Shown: positions 1 to 11,900 of the stretch, piece by piece | Position numbering within the stretch: the stretch's first letter is position 1 | Layout of the letters: each line of letters opens with the position of its first letter | Source: Ginglymostoma cirratum | Lineage: Eukaryota | Direction of reading: 5' to 3' | NCBI GenBank assembly: GCA_024137785.1 | Contig: JAHRHZ010000002.1 | Coordinates: forward strand, 20,834,898-20,898,897 | DNA: 64,000 nucleotides | Position numbers and translations under genes: made by a program | Notes under the pieces: generated by a model | The model's input: only the letters and a program-made list of their open reading frames with translations | Database searches by the model: none | Told to the model about the DNA's origin: nothing

Positions 1-382
1 CCAACCGCATCCCAAAACCAGCCCAGCTCATCTCCACCTCCCTAACCGGTTTTTCCTCTCACCCCAAGCCACACCCCCATCTCCTATCTACTAACATCAT
101 CCCGCCCCCTTGACCTGTCCGTCCTCCCTGGACTGACCTATCTCCTCCCTACCCCCCTACCTACACTCACCTTTACTGGCTCCATTCCCGCCTCTTTGAC
201 TTGTCTGCCTCCTCTCCACCTATCCTCTCCTCTATCCGCCTCCCCCTCTCTCCCTATTTATTTCAGAACCCTCTTCCCCTCCCCCATTTCTGATGAAGGG
301 TTTAGGCCCGAAACGTCGAGTTTTCCTGCTCCTATGATGCTGCTTGACCTGCTGTGTTCATCCAGCCCCATGCTTGTTATCT
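1..382 (+). mobile_element. 3' terminal repeat (pLTR) of a Penelope-like element, window-truncated
   Basis: Near-identical to the terminus of the element at 36108-38410. Confidence 0.8.
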
Positions 383-769
383 ACACTTTATTTGCTGTAG
401 CCCAGAGTGAAAAGCGGAGGGATTATGACTTTATCAACCTCTCCTAAGATTGCAGAGAGCTGTGTACAACTTTTGGAACTGATTACAGGAAGTGTGTGAT
501 CACATGAGTGAAGGTACAGAGGACATTTCAAAGGGTGTTTTGGCGTGCAGACTTTTAGCAATGGGACAGGTTTGTTTTGCTGCAGGGAGTTGATCAAATA
601 TTTCAATATTGCAATGTTACAAAGGGTGCAGGAGCATTGACGTTAAACTGATGAAAGCTCCGCTCAAAATTCTCCTGATTAAACTCAGAACTCCGTCCTC
701 CCTTTTTTTTTACGAAGTTGACGCCCGAAAATTACCAGCTGAATAGTTTATGGACAGGAGGAGTGGAGG

Positions 770-792
770 TTACGTCAAATAGAAACTGAAAG
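770..792 (+). promoter_or_regulatory. CRE-like (TTACGTCA 770-777) plus ISRE/IRF site (GAAACTGAAA 782-791), putative promoter of BTN-like gene 1
   Basis: Matches the GAAANNGAAA consensus; same module and spacing at the paralogous position 39616-39637; lies about 60 nt upstream of a conserved splice donor. Confidence 0.65.
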
Positions 793-799
793 GCTCTGA

Positions 800-849
800 T
801 CTCTGCTCCTTTATGTCGCCCTTCCCGAATTTTGGATTTTCTTTTCTGG
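800..849 (+). other. Putative non-coding exon 1 of gene 1 (5' end approximate)
   Basis: Strong donor CTGG|GTGAGT with GT at 850, conserved in the paralog (GT at 39693); the leader exon has an upstream acceptor, so a preceding exon is required. Confidence 0.5.
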
Positions 850-1309
850 GTGAGTTTGGGGGTGATTTCAACTCCTGTCTGTTTCAATGTAATTGACTCC
901 GATCTCCCTCTCAGTGGGGATCTCCTGGATCTCATACTCAATCCCGGGGGAAAGTGGGACTCAGTCCCGGAAACGAGCAGAGGCCTGTCCTGGAGACTGG
1001 GATGGCCAGGCTGTGGGAGGATTATGTTCACAGACCCAGGGTCCCGGGGAGAGTGGGTGGTAAATGGTAACCCGTCTGGGACAGGAGAATCTGGCAGTTC
1101 CCAGCTCCAAACGGATTCCCTCTGCATGATCGGGATGGTCCCAGGTTTCGCTGAACTGGAATCCCCACTTTACAACAGAGTCCGCATCTTAAAAATAAAG
1201 GTCAAATTCGAGCGTCAGACCGCCTCTTCCCCACCAATGCCCCTAGCTCCCTCCAAGTTATATCGTGAGCAGGTTATCGGGGATATTGAACAGGTTTGAG
1301 AGGGCTGGT

Positions 1310-1720
1310 CACTGGCCCAGTGTCAGCTTGAATCGTGTGTTTTTACCTGCTCCTTTACATCAGGTGGTTGTGGGTTCAAGTCCCATCCAGGGCATCACCG
1401 TAAAAACACAGACTCTCACTCCAGTGCAGTACTGAGGGAATGCTGCAGTATTGGGAGTGCAGTCTGTTCCACGAGACTTTATCCGAGATCTCTTGGTGGG
1501 GTGGAAGTCATGGTGGTGCGGAGGTAGATCTAAAAGATCCCGTGGCCACTATTTCAAAGACGAGTACCGAATAGTTCTCAATGTCCTGGTCAATATTTAT
1601 CCCTCAATCAACATTACATAACAATTCGCCTTGTTTCCTGCATTCCAACATCGATTACACATCAGAAGTTCGCTTCAGGATGTGGATGTAAGGTGCTATA
1701 TAAATGTAAACCTTTCAGCT
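1310..1720 (+). mobile_element. Deu-domain SINE (SacSINE1/AmnSINE1-like), decayed; related fragments near 6040-6480, 40170-40325, 41770-41910, 54340-54620
   Basis: CCAGTGCAGTACTGAGGGA...AAAGATCCC...GTCCTGGTCAATATTTATCCCTCAA Deu-like core. Confidence 0.6.
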
Positions 1721-2559
1721 CAAGGATGTCAATGTTATTAAGGAGCTTGGTAGGATTGGTAACAAAAACAGAACTTGCTGGAAATCCTCAGCAGGTTCTG
1801 AACTGAAGAAGGGTCACTACTCTGGTTTCTCTCCCCAGATGCTGCCAGGCCTGGTGAGCCTTCCGAGCACTTTCCGTTTTTGTTTCTGATTTCCAGCATC
1901 CGCAGTTCTTTTTCCATTTTGGTAAGGTTGGTGTTGTGGCGATGTCATCGCTAGTGTGGGTGACTGGGGTGGGGTCGGGAGGGGGGAGCGGTGATGCATA
2001 TCAGACAGTTGTTACCAATTCCAATTGCAAATTCAGCAGAAACGTCCTCACCCAGAGATAGTGACTGATCGATGTGAATAGCATCAATGTTTTTAGAGGG
2101 AAACTAGATAACACACAAGGGAGAAAGGATTGAAGGAAATCTTAATGGAGTTGGATGGAGACATTAATGGGGAGAAGGTTTTTGTTGAACATGATCATGG
2201 TCGAGATTTTTAATCAACTGTGCAAACATATTATAAAACATTGCTTGGACCGATGCCTTCTTGTCCAGATGTAGGAACAGTACCACTGACCACAAGAACT
2301 ATCTATTTAACCAAGGACTTTGCTTCTGTGCAACTTGGTAACTAATACAATGAGCCTCACAGCAGCGAGCTTGTTCCAGAAACAGCAGCTCACACTGTTC
2401 CCAGTTTCACATCTGTAATCCCTATTCTACTTTGTTGGTTTCTTCCTCCTCCCCTCTCCCCATCTCTGCTACTGATGTAAACTATCTGGAGATGTTTCAG
2501 GATGTTAAATCTCACTGTTTCCCGTGTAGTGCCCTAGGTGAACCAGAGAAAAAGTTATA

Positions 2560-3710
2560 TGACAGAAGTAGGCCATTCAGCCCAGTGTGTCTGTGCTGGC
2601 AGGATAATTGTATACCTCCAAACATTCTAGTTCCACCTTCCAGCTCCTGGTCCATAACTGTTCCAGCACATCCAGATCCAGAGTCTTTTGAAATGATTTG
2701 AGGATTTCAATCTCAAGCATCAAATTGGGCAGAGAATTCCAGATACTTATCACTCTCTACATGAAAAAGATATTCCCCATGTTCCCTGTAAGCTTTATGT
2801 CCATCACCTTCAATTTCTGTCCCCTGGTAGTTAGTTGCACAGCTGGGGTACCATGTCTTCCCTGTCCACTTTATTATACAGCCACATTATTTTTTACATC
2901 ACGATTAAGTCACCCTTCAGCCTCTTCTTATGCCAGGAAAATAAGTCTAGCCTACTCAATCTTTCCTCATTCTTGCAATTTCCAAACCCCGGCAACATTC
3001 TTGTAAATCTTTTGAATTCTGTAATTGTGTCTTTCCTGTCGACACTAACTAGAACTGTACAGAAAGCCGCTCTGTGTCCAGGGTCTTTATACAGACACAG
3101 CAATTACATCCTGCTTTTGTAATTCATTGCCTCACACAATGAAGGAAAGCTTCCACATATGCATTCTTTACCTCCTTAGCTACTTACCCTGCTGTCTTCT
3201 GGGACTGTGGATGTACACTATGAGATCTTTATTTTTGTGCACCTCAATTCCCTCCTGTTTAATGTGTATTCCTTGGCTTTGTTTTCCCTTCCCAATTATA
3301 CTTCCTCCCATCTCTCTGGATCGAATTCCACTTGTCACTTTTCCAGCCACACAAGCAAACCATTGATTTCATTCTGTAGTTGGCAGCCCTATCAATTACA
3401 TGTCCAGTTTTTATGTCTGCAGATTTCCCAATCATGCCTCCAATATTTAAATTTAAATTATTACCACTGTCATGTAAGCACCCAACACTGAATCCTGTGG
3501 AACACCATTGAAAAATGTTTCTCATTCACAAAAACACCTATTGACCATTACACTTTGTTTCATATGGTTGAGCCAATTTGGGATCCAACTCAACAAATTC
3601 CCCTTAACCCCATGGCTTTAATTTTTCTGACCAGTCTGCTATGTGGGGTCAAATGCCTTACTGAAATGCTTGTAGTCAACATCCAATGCACTATCCTCAT
3701 CATTTGTCCT
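2560..3710 (-). mobile_element. Old CR1 LINE 3' fragment shared with the paralog (40740-41740)
   Basis: RFTRMLPG...ERL..LDLFS..KKRLKGDLI motif on the minus strand. Confidence 0.7.
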
Positions 3711-3714
3711 TGTT

Positions 3715-4522
3715 ACATAGAACATAGAACATAGAACAATACAGCGCAGAACAGACCCTTCGGCCCTCGATGTTGCGCCGACCTGTGAACTAATCTAAGC
3801 CCATCCCCCTACACTATCCCATCATCATCCATATGCTTATCCAAGGACTGTTTAAATGCCCCTAATGTGGCTGAGTTAACTACATTGGCAGGCAGGGCAT
3901 TCCATGCCCTTACCACTCTCTGAGTAAAGAACCTGCCTCTGACATCTGTCTTAAATCTATCACCCCTCAATTTGCAGCTATGCCCCCTCGTACTAGCCAA
4001 CGTCATCATCCTAGGAAAAAGACTCTCGCTGTCCACCCTACCTAATCCTCTGATCATTTTGTAGGTCTCTATTAAATCCCCTCTTAGCCTTCTTCTCTCC
4101 AATGAGAACAGACCCAAGTCCCTCAGCCTTTCCCCATAAGACCTTCGCTCCAGACCAGGCAACATCCTGGTAAATCTCCTCTGCACCTTTTCCAATGCTT
4201 CCACATCCTTCCTGTAATGGGGCGACCAGAACTGTACGCAATATTCCAAGTGAGGCCGCACTAGCGTTTTGTACAGTTGCAGCATGACATCATGGGTCCG
4301 GAACTCAATCCCTCTACCAATGAAACCTAACACACCGTATGCCTTCTTAACAGCACTATCCACCTGGGTGGCAACTTTCAGGGATCTATGTACCTGGACA
4401 CCAAGATCCCTCTGCACATCCACACTACCAAGAATCTTTCCATTGACCCAGTATTCTGCCTTCCTATTATTCTTCCCAAAGTGCATCACCTCACATTTGT
4501 CTGCATTGAACTCCATTTGCCA
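3715..4522 (-). mobile_element. Young 5'-truncated CR1 LINE (ORF2 C-terminus, 3' UTR, (TTCTATG)n tail)
   Basis: ORF 3809-4516 MEFNADKCEVMHFG...VRPHLEYCVQFWSP...; tandem CATAGAA tail at 3715-3738. Confidence 0.92.
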
Positions 4523-4579
4523 CCTTCCTTTACTTCCTTTAAAAGTCTAATCGAAGGAGAGAGAAACGAATTAACTTAG

Positions 4580-4815
4580 CAAAGAACAAAGAACAAAGAA
4601 AACTTACAGCCCAGGAACAGGCCCTTCGGCCCTCCAAGCCTGTGCCGATCCAAATCCACTGTCTAAACCTATCGCCCAATTCCTAAGGATCTGTATCCCT
4701 CTGCTCCCCACCTACTCATGCATCTGTCCAGACGCACCTTAAATGAATCTACCATGCCTGCCTCTACTACCTCTGCTGGCAACGCGTTCCAGGCACCTAC
4801 CACCCTCTGTGTAAA
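4580..4815 (-). mobile_element. Short CR1 3' end with (AAAGAAC)n tail
   Basis: FTQRVVGAWNALP motif; tandem tail. Confidence 0.8.
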
Positions 4816-5589
4816 ACCAGCAAAACCAGGCTGACTGTTTCTGACCAACTCATGCCTCACTAAGAAATAGTTAGTCATTTTGATCAATATAGATTCCAGT
4901 AATCTGCCCACCAACAAGTGTAATTAGTTGGCATATATGGTACAATACTTGCAAACCTGCAATCCTCTGGTTCCTTGCCTGTATCTGGTGAGGATTGGAA
5001 AATGATCCTCAGAGGAACTGTTTTTTTTCTTAATCCATGGTTTACATCAATACTATTGGATACAATTCATCCAGCCCACCTTCAGAAATGCCGGTCCCAC
5101 CAGAACATCCCTTCTCATGAGTTTTATGCCAGTTGTGCCAGTCCAAAACAACCGTGGAACGATTCTAATTCTATTTTTCTCCACTTAGCCTTATATGCCT
5201 CGGTATTGCAAATGCACATCTAAATATTTCTTAAATATTATGAAGGATTCTGCCTCTCCCACTCTTCCAGATTCCGACCAGCTTCTGGGTGAAATAGATT
5301 TTCCTTACAACCATTGAAGCCTCCTGCCCCCTACCGTAAATCGGTAATTCCACCAAGGGGAAAAAGTATCTTCCTGTCTACCCTATCTATGTCCCTCATA
5401 ATTTTATGCATTTCAATCATATCTGTTCAGTCACCTCAGCTCCATGGAAAGCAATCTCAGTCTATACAATCTCTACTATTTTCCAGCTTTGAAAGAGTCA
5501 CATAGATGTACAAATTAGTGAAAATTCTACAGACAGAGGGGAGAATAATATGAAAATTGGGAAGGCGTGCAAGTAACTTTATGGAAGTC

Positions 5590-5790
5590 TATACGCTTAA
5601 GTCAGTATAAGTGGGTGTGTATGTCAGTACATGTGGGTGTATATTTCAATATATATGTACACATTTTTCATTTGTGTGTATATTTCAGTATATCTGGGTG
5701 TATACTTCAATTTCTGAGTACATGTTCGTACATTTGAGTGTATGTTTCAGCATCTGTGGGTGTATATGTCAGCACATGTAGATGTACATA
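5590..5790 (+). repeat. Degenerate about 24-bp tandem repeat (GTGTATATTTCAGTATATCTGTGG-like)
   Basis: Visible repeats; shorter array in the paralog at 42865-42940. Confidence 0.55.
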
Positions 5791-5955
5791 CCCTAACATT
5801 ACTGCTCTTGGTGACTGTTCAGTATGCTCATTAATTGCACTGATACCGACTCTCCTGAGTTTCCTGTTATTGATGTAAATTCTCTGGTAATATTTTAGAC
5901 AGCTATGACACGTCATTCCCTGAATCTGCTGATGCTGGATTTCTGAATTTCCAGA

Positions 5956-5995
5956 ATGCTACTTCTGCTCCAGGCTCTTATCTGGATCTCTCATG
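5956..5995 (+). CDS. Gene 1 signal peptide exon (coding part; exon starts 5899), [13 protein letters not shown]
   Basis: Hydrophobic leader; donor CATG|GTAGGG phase 1 joins the IgV exon in frame; paralog at 43103-43142. Confidence 0.8.
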
Positions 5996-8900
5996 GTAGG
6001 GAAATACATTACAAAATAATAAAAACCAGGACTCACACAGAAATTTGAGCATGTAATCTAGGGTGATAGCCCAGCTACCAAGGGAACATTGCAAAGTCAG
6101 AGTGTCAGTTTGAGTGTGTATTGCACGATAGGAGGGGCAGTGTTGAGGAGTGCTGTACCGTCATAAGGTCAGCAGTGAGGGAATACATCATTGTCATCGG
6201 GTCAGTACTGAGGAGGTGCTGCAAAGTTGAAGTTCCCAATACTTGGAGGCATTTCTGCCATCAGACATTGGCCTCATCTGTCCTCTGGTGAATATAAAAA
6301 CACTAAAAAAGGCTATCCAGTCATTTATCTCATTACGCCTTTTGGGATCTTACAATGCATAAATTGTCTGTTGTGTTTCTGACTAGGCAACATTATTTAC
6401 ATTTCAAGGCTATTTATTACTGCAAAGCATTCTAGAATAGTATGAGAATGTGACTGAGGATAAAGGAATGCAAAATAATTTATCTTTTCTCTGTTTCTCC
6501 TCTGTGTGTTTCTCTATCCCTCACTTTATTTCTGTCCCTCTCAGTCTCAGCCCCTCTTAGCACCTCTGTCCCTTCCTCTCTGTCTTTATGTCTCTCCATC
6601 CCTCCCTCTACATCTCCATCCCTCTCTGACCCTGTCTCTCCTTCTGTCTCTATCCCTCCCTGTCCCTCTGCCTCTCCTTCTCTCTTTGTTACAATCAATA
6701 ATAGTGTGTACAGCTGTAATAACCTGAGAGATGACTAATGTACCTGATTCTGTCTCCAGTGGCTACTGCAGCGGCAGATTTAGAGGTGATGGGACCATTA
6801 GTTCCCACCATGGGGGTTGTTGGGGGCAACGTGGTCCTGGACTGTCTGTTGGTCATGACAAAACCCCCAGAGAATATGGAAGTCCACTGGATCAACATGG
6901 CATATGGCCATAGCTCGCCTGTCCATACATACATGGAGGGAGCGGACGATTTGACACACCAGCCCTCGGCCTACAGAGACCGGACTGAACTGTTTCTTGA
7001 CAAAGTGGCACAAGGGAATCTCTCTCTCAGGCTCAAGGATGTCCGAGTCTCCGACAGGGGGCAGTACAAGTGCTTCGTGGCATCTGGCATCGAGCACAAT
7101 GAGTTCAAACTCACGCTGGATGTGACAGGTCAGTGACCATTTTGAAAATACCATACCTGACATCCTCAATGATGGATTTATTGAGGTGAAGGATAAACAT
7201 TGACCCAGACCCTAGCAGAACACAAATAGTTTGAGACCCTGACAAGGTCGACACTGAAGACCGTTTCTGTGATGGAGGATCTAGAACGTGGGCAAACAGT
7301 CTCAGGGTAAGGGAACGGTCAATTAACACTGAGACAGGGGGGAAGCTCTTCACTCATAATGTTATGAATCTTTGCCTTACAGTCTAATTCCATTGACAAA
7401 TTCCACTGAAGTGAGAGAAGACCATTTGCTCTCTCCAGGCTGCTCCACACTTCAGTACATTTATTTTAATTTACGAATATGACTGATCTTGAATTTCAAA
7501 TCCAAATGCAAGATCCTCACCCCACACCACTGAATACCATGAACAAAATGATTTCTGAGCTGAGTGCTCACTGACTGAGCATCCACTGGGATAGTTGGCG
7601 TCTAGCTCACCCAGCCTATGGAAACAACCTTTCCACATCTTGCCTATTTTAAATCTGTGATAGATTAATTTTTTTATTGAGCAGGGGTATTAAGGGATAT
7701 GATCCAAAGGGAGGTATATAGAGTTAGGCCACAGATCAGCCATGATCTCACTGAATGCTGTACCAGGCTCAAGGGGCTAAATGGCCTACTCCTGTTCCTA
7801 TCAAATCTCTTCAGAATGTTTTCTGTTTAGATTGAATTCACCTCACACACTTCTAACCCCCAGAAAGTACGGGCCCAGTCTGCTCAGTTCTCACAGGGCA
7901 ACCCTCTTGACCCAGAAACCAATCCCATGGAGTCCCTCTGAAGTAAGTATTTCCATTCCCAGAGAGCTGGGAATGGCCAGTCATTGAATTTATTTAAGAA
8001 AAAGCTTAATATATCTTTGGAAGCTCAGTGAATATAAGGAACATGAAGATAGATTGGGAATGTGGAATCGAGGTGGAGAATCAGCAAAGATTGTATTAAG
8101 TAATGGGGCAGGTATGAGGGATTGAATGGTCCACTCCACTCTTTTCTCTGCATTAACTCCTTTGCTTCCCACAATTTATCTGTCAGAATAGAGTCATCGA
8201 GGTCTGCAGTACATAAATGGCCTTTGACCATTCAATAACAAGCCAGCAGCTATTTTAATCTTATTTTCCTGTATTTGGCCCAAGGCCTCCTTTCCTTTGG
8301 TATCACAAATGCACATCTAAATTCATCTTCAATGTTATGAGGGTTCCTGCCTCTACTACCCTTATAGGCAGTGAGTTCTAGATTCCCACCTCCCTCTGAA
8401 TGAAGACATTTTTCCTCATATCCCCTTGAAATCTCCTGCCCCTCACCTTAAATCTAGGTCCCCTGGTCATTGGTCCCTCCAGCAAGGGAATGTACACCCT
8501 ACTTATGCCCCTCATAATTTAAGACATCTCAACAATATCCCCAGTCTCCACTGCTCTGAAGAAAGCAACCCCAGTCCATCCAATAATAAAACAAAGAACT
8601 GCATATGTTGGATATCTGAAACAAAAGTAGAAATTCTTGGAGAACTTCAGCAGATCTGGCATCATCCGTCAGAAGAAAGCAGTGTTACTCTTTCGAGTCC
8701 AGTGACTGTTCATCAGAACTGTTAGTAGTTAAGAAAATGTGGTATTTATGCTGAAGCCAAAGATTGATGAAGGGGGCAGGAAGAAATGAACGGATGAGTG
8801 GAGATGGAGCCTATGAGAGGGAGAGAGATAAAAAGTGAACATTATCAAGGAGATAATGGATAGAACTTGAGGATAGAAAAAAAAGTGATAGTTAGAGCTA

Positions 8901-11900
8901 TGAGAGAGAAAATTGCTGAACTGTACTTAATGTAATGCATATATTTTGACAGTGGGTTTAGGAATAGGTGAGAATAGGTGACTATGTTAAAAGCAACCCA
9001 TGTCAGAACAGGACCTAGTGTGTGGTGCGGAAAAAAAAGGAAGAATGTAATTAGGCTCTAAAGTTATTGAAATTGTAATTAGTCCTGGAGGCTGCAAGGT
9101 TCTCAAATGGAAAGTAAGAAGCTATTCTTTGAGCTTGCGCTGAGGGTCACTGGAACACTGCGGCAAGCCAACGACAGAAATGTTGGATAACAAGGTGTAG
9201 AGTTGGATGAACGCAGCAGGCCAAGCAGGAAATTTTCTGAAGAAGGGTCTAGGCCCGAAACGTCAGCCTTCCTGCTCCTCTGATGCTGCTTGGCCTGCTG
9301 TGTTCATCCAACTCTACACCTTGTTATCCAACATTTCTGTCGTTGACTTGAAGAAATTTTCTGAAGAAGGGTCTAGGCCCAAAACGTCAGCCTTCCTGCT
9401 CCTCTGATGCTGCTTGGCCTGCTGTCTTCATCCAGCTCTACACCTTGTTATCTCAGATTCTCCAGCATCTGCAGTTCCTACTATCTCTGACAGAAATGTT
9501 GGCCAGGGAACATGGTGGTGTGTTGTAGGGGGCAAGCGACTGGAAGTTCAATGATATTTTTATGGATAGGACATAGGTGCTCTGCAAAGCAGTTGCCCAG
9601 TCTGCTTTTTGTCTCCACAGTGTGGAGAACATCACATTGTGAACAGCAAATGCAGTAGACTAGATTGACTGAAGTGCAGGTAAATTGCTGCTTCACCGAA
9701 GGTATGTTGGACACTCTGAATAGGGAGGAGGGGGAGGTAAACAGGCAGGTAAACTGTTGCGGGGTATTGAGAATGCAGGAGAAGTGGACCAGAGAGTCAT
9801 GGAGGGAACAGTTTTGCAGAGCTTCCAATTTCCACCCTACCCTCACCTTCACCTGGTCCATCTCTGACTCCTCTTTTCCCTTCCTCGACATCTCTGTTTC
9901 CATTTTGGGATTAGGCTGGCCACCCACATTCTCTACAAACTCACCAACTTCCACAGTTACCATGATTATACAAACTTGCACCCTGCCTCCTCTAAGGACT
10001 TTGTCCCATTCCCCTCCACCTCCATCACATCTGTTCTGATGATGCCACCTTCTCCAGAGGCGAGGCAGCCTCAGAAATGCCCACCTTTTTCCTCAACTGA
10101 GGATTTCCCACTACTAAGGGCAACAGGACGCTTAGCCATGTTTAACCCATCTTCTGCACTTCAAACCAGACCTCTTTTGTCTTCCATCCCACAACAATGA
10201 TAGGGTCACTGTAGTCCTCACTTACCACTTCACCAGCTTATGGATCCAAAGGATCTTTGCCGCCATTTCTGCTACCTCCAGCAGAATGCAACCACTGGAC
10301 ACATATTCCCTTCTTTTACCTTGTCAGCCTTCCGCATGGACCGTTCCCTCTGCACACACCAGTCTGCTCGTCCTTCACTCCCAGCACTCTCCCACACCCC
10401 AAGGCACCTTCCCATGCAAGTGCAGAAGATGTAACACCTGCCAATTTACCTCCTCCTGATCCCGGGCCACAGACATACTTTCCAGGTGAACCAGTGATTT
10501 ACCTGCGCTTCAAATCTAGTCTACTGCAATTGCTGTTCACAGTGTGGTAGATGCGACGCAGACTGGGTGAATGCTTTGCAGAACACATGTTCTGTCTGCA
10601 AAAATGACCTTGCACTTCCAATTGCCTGCCACCTCAACACACCACCATGCTCCCTGGCCAACATGTCTGTCTCAGGTTTGCTGTAGTGTCGCAGTCAGCC
10701 TCAGCGCAAGCTCGAAGAATAGCATCTCATTTTCAGCTTCGGGAAGCTGCAGCCTCTAGCCTCAACAGCAAGTTCAATAACTTTAGAGCCTCATTCCATC
10801 CTTCCATGTTTTTACCCATCCCATACCAGGTCCTGTTATGACATGACTTGCTTTTAGTGCAGTCACCTTTTCCCACATACTGCGAGGTTCATTATCACAT
10901 TATTTGGATTGCTATTATACCGCTCATCCATTTCCTCCTACCCTCAGCACCTATTATTCAGCTTTTGTTCTGTCCTGGCCTGCTATCTATAATCTCTTTC
11001 TTTTCCTGCCTCTTTCATATGTCTTGCTGTCTGGGCTCTAGCTCCCCCAATCTATGCATCTCATACTTCCACACCTCCACAACTCCCCCCTTCCACCCCC
11101 CAAACTAAACTTTGTCTTCAGCGTAGATATTAGTTTTTCTGAACTGCTGTCAATTCTGCTGAAGAGTCATCAGACTGGAAGGGGTAATGATGCTTTCTTC
11201 CCACTGATGGTACCAGATTTGCTCAGTTGCTCCAGCAATTTCTGTTCTTCTTCCTAGTCTATCCAATTTCTCGTCACAACCATAACTCTTCAGCCCAGGC
11301 AGTAAAATCTCCCCTGCACCCTCTCCAGTGTAATCACATCCCTGCTATAATGTGGATTCCAGAACTGCACACAGAATTTTCTCATAGTCTTTTGAATCTG
11401 GGGAATACAATTCCACAGACTAAACGATTTGATCATAGAATCCCTACAGTGTGGAAACAGGCCCTTTGGCCCAACAAGTCCACACTGAACCTCAGAGCAT
11501 CCCACCCAGACCCATCCCCCTAATCTACACCTCCTGAACATTACAGGCAATTTAGCACAGCCAATCCACCTAACCTGCACATCTTTGGACAGTGGGAGGA
11601 AACCAGAGCACCTGGAAGAAACCCATGCAGACACAGGGAGAATGTACAAACTCCACATAGACAGTTGCCCAAGGCTGGAATCGAGCCTGGGTCTCTGGTG
11701 CTGTGAGGTAGCTGTGCTAACCACTGTGCTGCCCCCACTGGTCCTCTTGGAGAAAACATTTTTGCTGATCATTGCCTTAACAGCAAGTTAAAGTGGTCAG
11801 TTAAATGTTATTGTAATGTTTATGAACTTTAAAATGTCCTATTTTTAACATTTTTATATGGAGCCACTTTGAAGGCCCAGAAGTCATTGCCATCATTGGA

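Noticed and set aside
813-849. ATG in exon 1 as the true start (MSPFPNFGFSFL, phase 1)
   Set aside because: The ATG is absent in the paralog and is out of frame with the leader exon; a better signal peptide is conserved at 5956 and 43103.
832-1299. 155-aa ORF with a hydrophobic N-terminus near the promoter
   Set aside because: Starts at TTG, crosses a strong splice donor, and the frame is not preserved in the paralog (39657-39932 diverges and stops).
2501-2537. Possible extra 37-nt 5'UTR exon (TTTCAG|...|GTGAAC)
   Set aside because: Weak donor that is GC in the paralog (40719); conservation is explicable by the duplication alone.
6738-7136. Rearranging Ig/TCR/NAR V segment
   Set aside because: The exon includes the G strand and ends at a splice donor; no RSS heptamer/nonamer; motifs are BTN/B7 type.
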